Source: an uncultured virus (IMG/VR IMGVR_UViG_3300008262_000226)
Lineage: Duplodnaviria > Heunggongvirae > Uroviricota > Caudoviricetes
Strand: one strand, 5' to 3'
DNA length: 64,000 nucleotides
IMG/VR virus record: IMGVR_UViG_3300008262_000226
Span: 1 to 64,000 of that record
Shown here: positions 60,575 through 64,000 of the stretch, one piece after another
Layout: each line of letters starts with the position of its first letter
Position numbering within the stretch: position 1 is the first letter of the stretch
Notes under the pieces: model-generated
Seen by the model: only the letters and a program-made list of their open reading frames with translations
Databases searched by the model: none
What the model was told of the DNA's origin: nothing
Position numbers and translations under genes: made by a program

Positions 60575-60597
60575 CTTTATCCTTGAGGATAAATAAC

Positions 60598-60768
60598 ATG
60601 TCACTTATTTCACAAAGAGACAGAGAAGTTGCCATAGCAGCTCTTGAAAAATATGTTGCCGATGCAGAGAATACTGAGTATTATCTGGGCACACCAAAAC
60701 ATACACCATCTGAAATCTATGCCCTTCTCAACTGGATACGATTGGAATATTTCAAACATGAAAATTAA
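60598..60768 (+). CDS. hypothetical protein
   Basis: GAGG SD; MSLISQRDR. Confidence 0.6.
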   Translation: MSLISQRDREVAIAALEKYVADAENTEYYLGTPKHTPSEIYALLNWIRLEYFKHEN

Positions 60769-60928
60769 TCTGTGGTATTGCACCCACATGAATCAATGGC
60801 GTTGGTCTCTGACTGACGACCACAGACCAATCGTTAGACAAGAAAGTGGTCAACAACCACATCTACGTGATGCAATGAATGACATTGCAAACACAGTAGA
60901 ATATATGATGGATTCTCAGCAATCCTGA
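60758..60928 (+). CDS. conserved hypothetical protein
   Basis: MKINLWYC...QWRW...QESGQ. Confidence 0.6.
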   Translation: MKINLWYCTHMNQWRWSLTDDHRPIVRQESGQQPHLRDAMNDIANTVEYMMDSQQS

Positions 60929-60934
60929 TTTTAT

Positions 60935-61007
60935 TGGGGTGTAGCTCAGCGGTAGTAGCGGGATGCTGTTAACATCAAGGTCGCAGGTTCGATCCCTGCC
61001 GCCCCAG
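60935..61007 (+). tRNA. tRNA-Asn(GTT)
   Basis: cloverleaf, loop CTGTTAA. Confidence 0.9.
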
Positions 61008-61053
61008 TTTTCAAAAAAACTCTTATAAATAAACACATTAAAGGTCGAACATC

Positions 61054-61155
61054 ATGACTAACTTCAGCAAGCAAATTATTATTTTTATGGAAAGCGATTG
61101 CCGCTATTGGCATATTGCTCAGGCCCCCGTGCTTGCTCATAAGTGGAAACGATGA
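61054..61155 (+). CDS. 33-aa peptide behind a late promoter
   Basis: TATAAATA at 61024, AAGG SD, followed by a terminator-like hairpin. Confidence 0.4.
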   Translation: MTNFSKQIIIFMESDCRYWHIAQAPVLAHKWKR

Positions 61156-61185
61156 CCGACATCTGACACATAAGCAAGATTTATC

Positions 61186-61261
61186 AGGGGGGCAGTTGAC
61201 AAAACCGCCCCCCTATTTTATTGTAGATTCATCGGTGGGGGATCCACCAGCACCTTGACAA
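61186..61261 (+). promoter_or_regulatory. terminator hairpin with embedded sigma70 promoter, then boxB/boxA-like leader
   Basis: TTGACA (61196)-17-TATTGT; ggtgg/ccacc hairpin; GCACCTTGACAA. Confidence 0.5.
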
Positions 61262-61271
61262 TTTAACCCTT

Positions 61272-61344
61272 GGGTCTGTAACTCAGTTGGTAGAGTAGCG
61301 GGCTTTTAACCTGTAAGTCGTCGGTTCGAGCCCGACCAGACCCA
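61272..61344 (+). tRNA. tRNA-Lys(TTT)
   Basis: cloverleaf, loop CTTTTAA. Confidence 0.92.
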
Positions 61345-61384
61345 TCGACCGTCATAGTTCGGTCATTAAATATAAACTATTCTT

Positions 61385-61466
61385 GGGAGGATTTCCGAGT
61401 GGCTAAAGGAATCTGACTGTAAATCAGACGGCTCTGCCTTCGCAGGTTCGAATCCTGCTCCTCCCA
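61385..61466 (+). tRNA. tRNA-Tyr(GTA)
   Basis: variable arm, loop CTGTAAA. Confidence 0.93.
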
Positions 61467-61470
61467 CCTT

Positions 61471-61543
61471 GACCCTATAGTGAAGTGGTCTATCACGCTA
61501 CCCTGTCACGGTGGTATCACGGGTTCGAATCCCGTTAGGGTCG
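61471..61543 (+). tRNA. tRNA-Asp(GTC)
   Basis: cloverleaf, loop CTGTCAC. Confidence 0.92.
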
Positions 61544-61721
61544 TTGGGAGTCAGTATTCTAACTCCCACACATTTCTTAGAGTTTGCCAGTGTGTAGAGA
61601 AATGATGTAGCAACAACTGGAATTGGGGAGGGATTTCTAACCACCATCGGATGATGGCAGGATTCATAAGGCTACGAAGCGTAATCCATAAGTGACTTCG
61701 TGTGGGATACCCCTCCCATCT
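61544..61721 (+). ncRNA. unannotated structured RNA C
   Basis: hairpins, a multibranch domain and two possible pseudoknots. Confidence 0.55.
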
Positions 61722-61795
61722 GGTCCCATCGTCTAGTCGGCCTAGGACAACACTCTTTCACAGTGTAGACACGGGTTCGAATCCCGTTGGGACTA
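61722..61795 (+). tRNA. tRNA-Glu(TTC)
   Basis: cloverleaf, loop CTTTCAC. Confidence 0.92.
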
Positions 61796-61798
61796 TCT

Positions 61799-61874
61799 CG
61801 GGGAATAGCTCAGTTGGTAGAGCACATGTCTGAAGAACATGGTGTCGGTAGTTCAATTCTACCTTCCTCGGCCA
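61799..61874 (+). tRNA. tRNA-Phe(GAA)
   Basis: loop CTGAAGA, encoded CCA. Confidence 0.85.
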
Positions 61875-61946
61875 GGAATCGTAGCTCAGTGGTAGAGCAC
61901 TCGGCTGATAACCGAGCGGTCACAAGTTCAAATCTTGTCGGTTCCA
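61875..61946 (+). tRNA. tRNA-Ile(GAT)
   Basis: cloverleaf, loop CTGATAA. Confidence 0.92.
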
Positions 61947-61950
61947 CTTT

Positions 61951-62022
61951 GGCAGTGTAGTTCAGTGATAGAACAGGAGATTCATACCCTCCATGTCGGT
62001 AGTTTGATTCTACCCACTGCCT
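61951..62022 (+). tRNA. tRNA-Met(CAT), non-canonical
   Basis: loop TTCATAC; D-loop GA instead of GG; T-loop TTTGATT. Confidence 0.7.
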
Positions 62023-62023
62023 T

Positions 62024-62094
62024 GTGATGTTAGCCTAGAGGTAAGGCAGTGGTTTGTGGAACCACCTAGATGGGTTCGATTCCCATACGTCACC
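62024..62094 (+). tRNA. tRNA-His(GTG)
   Basis: loop TTGTGGA, C73. Confidence 0.88.
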
Positions 62095-62096
62095 CC

Positions 62097-62168
62097 GCCC
62101 GATTAGCTCAGTGGTAGAGCAACTCACTAGTAATGAGTAGGTCGTCAGTTCGAGTCTGACATCGGGCT
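62097..62168 (+). tRNA. tRNA-Thr(AGT)
   Basis: cloverleaf, loop CTAGTAA. Confidence 0.88.
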
Positions 62169-62243
62169 TCTGAGGTCGCCAAGCGGTAAGGCAGCGGGTT
62201 TTGGTCCCGCCATTCGTGGGTTCGAATCCTACCCTCAGAACCA
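62169..62243 (+). tRNA. tRNA-Gln(TTG)
   Basis: loop TTTTGGT, encoded CCA. Confidence 0.9.
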
Positions 62244-62318
62244 GTTGGGTTGGTGTAATTGGTAACATCTTGGTCTCCAAAACCAAAGTTCAGAGTTCAA
62301 GTCTCTGACCCTTCGCCA
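62244..62318 (+). tRNA. tRNA-Trp(CCA)
   Basis: loop CTCCAAA; two U-U mismatches in the acceptor stem; encoded CCA. Confidence 0.82.
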
Positions 62319-62319
62319 T

Positions 62320-62394
62320 GCTCTCTTAGCTCAGTGGATATAGAGCACTTGACTACGGATCAAGGTGTCGTAGGTTCGAATCCTACAGAGAGCG
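62320..62394 (+). tRNA. tRNA-Arg(ACG)
   Basis: cloverleaf, loop CTACGGA. Confidence 0.92.
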
Positions 62395-62436
62395 TTTGGT
62401 AGTCTATGCTACCAAAAAAGATAAATATATACAATA

Positions 62437-62652
62437 CGTTCATCCCTATGGGACGGAAGTAAGCCGACTCGGAACGGATCGTTCATCTATGGAAGCAATC
62501 CTATTAACTTGCCTTCAAGCTAATTTTATTATCGGAAGAGTAGTTACTCATCCAAAATTAGATGCTCAACAAAAAAATGATATTGTTTGGGAAGTGAAAC
62601 AAGTTACAAAAAAAGGTTGTTTTATAGACGCAAAGGTTGACTGAAGGAACGC
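62437..62652 (+). ncRNA. double glutamine-riboswitch-like RNA (glnA/Downstream-peptide type)
   Basis: two CGTTCA and two GGAACG strands, CGGAAGTAA and CTGAAG E-loop halves, CGCAA junction; late promoter ATAAATA at 62421. Confidence 0.7.
62489..62644 (+). CDS. 51-aa peptide nested inside the riboswitch-like RNA
   Basis: MEAILLTCLQ...KGCFIDAKVD. Confidence 0.55.
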   Translation: MEAILLTCLQANFIIGRVVTHPKLDAQQKNDIVWEVKQVTKKGCFIDAKVD

Positions 62653-62683
62653 TCTTTAACCTAAAAAACTAAGGAGAACCCTA

Positions 62684-62821
62684 ATGTCTAAAGTAGTATA
62701 TCGCGGCGTTGAATACGATACGCAAAAGCGTTTAGAGTATCAACAGCAGATGATGCAACAACCCCAACAATACAACGAAACCTATCGTGGTGTTAAGTTT
62801 GTAAAGGAGGGTCACAAATGA
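62684..62821 (+). CDS. DUF4278-type small protein
   Basis: AAGGAG SD; MSKVVYRGVEY...TYRGVKF with two YRGV motifs. Confidence 0.8.
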   Translation: MSKVVYRGVEYDTQKRLEYQQQMMQQPQQYNETYRGVKFVKEGHK

Positions 62822-62904
62822 ACTGGCTCAATCTAATCCGCAAGCAAATTGAAAAGCAAAGAAAACTAGAGATTGCTCAATATCATATGGCAACTCTTGG
62901 ATAA
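62818..62904 (+). CDS. 28-aa peptide
   Basis: AAGGAGG SD, ATGA overlap; MNWLNLIRKQIEKQRKLEIAQYHMATLG. Confidence 0.55.
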   Translation: MNWLNLIRKQIEKQRKLEIAQYHMATLG

Positions 62905-62907
62905 AGC

Positions 62908-62931
62908 AAAGGGGCATATGCCCCCTTTTTT
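62908..62931. terminator. bidirectional-type terminator between convergent genes
   Basis: aaaggggc-atat-gccccttttttt. Confidence 0.75.
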
Positions 62932-63115
62932 AATGCCTTCTTAATGTCTGTAAGTAATCAAGCATTGCTGTTCGTATGTGCATTAGTTCATTATAACATT
63001 TCTGGTTGTGAGCACACTGTCGCAGTTCGTTGTCTGGCTTATGCACACTTTCAATGAATAGGTCTAAACCTCTATTCCATTTGTCGTTGTCTTCAATCAC
63101 GTTGCCTCCAGTCAT
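62930..63115 (-). CDS. conserved hypothetical protein
   Basis: LDLFIESVHKPD, CAHNQKCYNEL. Confidence 0.7.
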   Translation of the reverse strand: MTGGNVIEDNDKWNRGLDLFIESVHKPDNELRQCAHNQKCYNELMHIRTAMLDYLQTLRRH

Positions 63116-63419
63116 CGGGTTTGTCTCTTCCTTCAGAAAAGAAATCTACAATATCATCAACACTATCAAACCTTCTGATACCTTTTGCTTCGTGACCGAT
63201 GCCACCGATATCAAGTTGGTTTAAAAAATCGTCTAGGTCTCCTTCTTGCATGTCTGGGTTAGCAGCAGTTCGTCTTGCCTGTCTGAGCATTGTGCCAGCG
63301 GTTCTGTTTGCTGCTGCTAGTTTCTCTGCCCAAATCATTTCAGATAGTTCTACAGCTTCTCCTTTTACAATCTTGTCACAAATAGCCTGTAATCTCAGGC
63401 GATACTGAGTAGAGAGCAT
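63093..63419 (-). CDS. conserved hypothetical protein
   Basis: MLSTQYRLRL; late TAAATA upstream on the minus strand. Confidence 0.72.
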   Translation of the reverse strand: MLSTQYRLRLQAICDKIVKGEAVELSEMIWAEKLAAANRTAGTMLRQARRTAANPDMQEGDLDDFLNQLDIGGIGHEAKGIRRFDSVDDIVDFFSEGRDKPDDWRQRD

Positions 63420-63530
63420 ACTATGTATAGCAGTAATACTATATTTAGTGTGGGTATGCGTTGTTCAATCCCCAGTAAATAAAAAGTGCAATAGAACTAA
63501 ACAAACAAAAAGTGCTAAGAATAAGATTAT

Positions 63531-63764
63531 TCATAGTTGGTTCTCGACGTATTCGATATACATTTTTTTGATATCTCTATCAACATCAACCAGACTATTC
63601 AAAGGAGGTTGATATCCTTGACTGATGATATAGTCTATAAACTCATAAACATTTGCTTTGATTGGTAGACTTAATCTAACAAAAGATGACAAGAAAAAAT
63701 TTCTTGCTTGCCATCTATCATTCTTTTCCCTCCAATCATATGGGCTAGTGCTTAGGTGGTTCAT
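63531..63764 (-). CDS. hypothetical protein
   Basis: GAGG SD upstream. Confidence 0.55.
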   Translation of the reverse strand: MNHLSTSPYDWREKNDRWQARNFFLSSFVRLSLPIKANVYEFIDYIISQGYQPPLNSLVDVDRDIKKMYIEYVENQL

Positions 63765-64000
63765 CTTTCATTTCCTCGTTTGCTAATCTTAGAATGTAAT
63801 AGATGACATATAGAGTAAATAACAATCCACACGATAATAAAATGATTACTCCCCAAGGCAAGTTACTCATTTTCGTCTTCGTAAGTAGATGGTTCTTCGA
63901 AAAGTTCTTCCATTTTTTGTTGAAGAACTCTTTCTTGTAGTTCTTTTAAATCTTCTTCTGTTAAAACTATCATTTATCTTTGAGTAGTTCTTCTATTCTT

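Noticed and set aside
57651..61721. Theta/HDV-like, hammerhead, twister or pistol ribozymes, tmRNA or RNase P RNA in the tRNA spacers
   Set aside because: I could not find their conserved cores by eye; a covariance-model search is still needed
55477..62286. ORF calls starting in or overlapping tRNAs (55477, 57791, 60490, 60946, 62035)
   Set aside because: True starts lie downstream, or the frames are spurious antisense reads of tRNAs

Overview
This window is the core of a T4-like cyanomyovirus genome; a freshwater picocyanobacterial host is inferred from gene content. From left to right it carries: (1) hydroxylase/methyltransferase genes; (2) the neck-terminase-tail-head module (gp13-gp23, gp3); (3) recombination and replication genes (uvsY, uvsW, gp55, gp47, gp46, a vWA/CobS pair, gp45, gp44, dam, gp62, regA, hsp20, gp43, uvsX, gp41, mazG, gp61, nrdA, nrdB); (4) a lysis region; (5) a minus-strand late operon; and (6) an array of 23 tRNA genes covering 19 amino acids, interleaved with structured non-coding RNAs. 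The most interesting signals are: a doubled, interlocked glutamine-riboswitch-like RNA with a 51-codon ORF inside one stem-loop, upstream of a DUF4278-type gene; a U32-hydroxylase-like/SAM-methyltransferase fusion; three unannotated structured RNAs between tRNAs plus a manA-like RNA; an rrn-style boxB/boxA leader before the main tRNA run; rare tRNA-Thr(AGT) and tRNA-Ile(TAT); and an outer-membrane protein/permease pair. Three apparent deletions (in gp44, at the gp43/uvsX junction, and in a DUF6267-like gene) are probably assembly artefacts. No searches or folding programs were run: family calls come from motif recognition and RNA structures from manual base-pairing.
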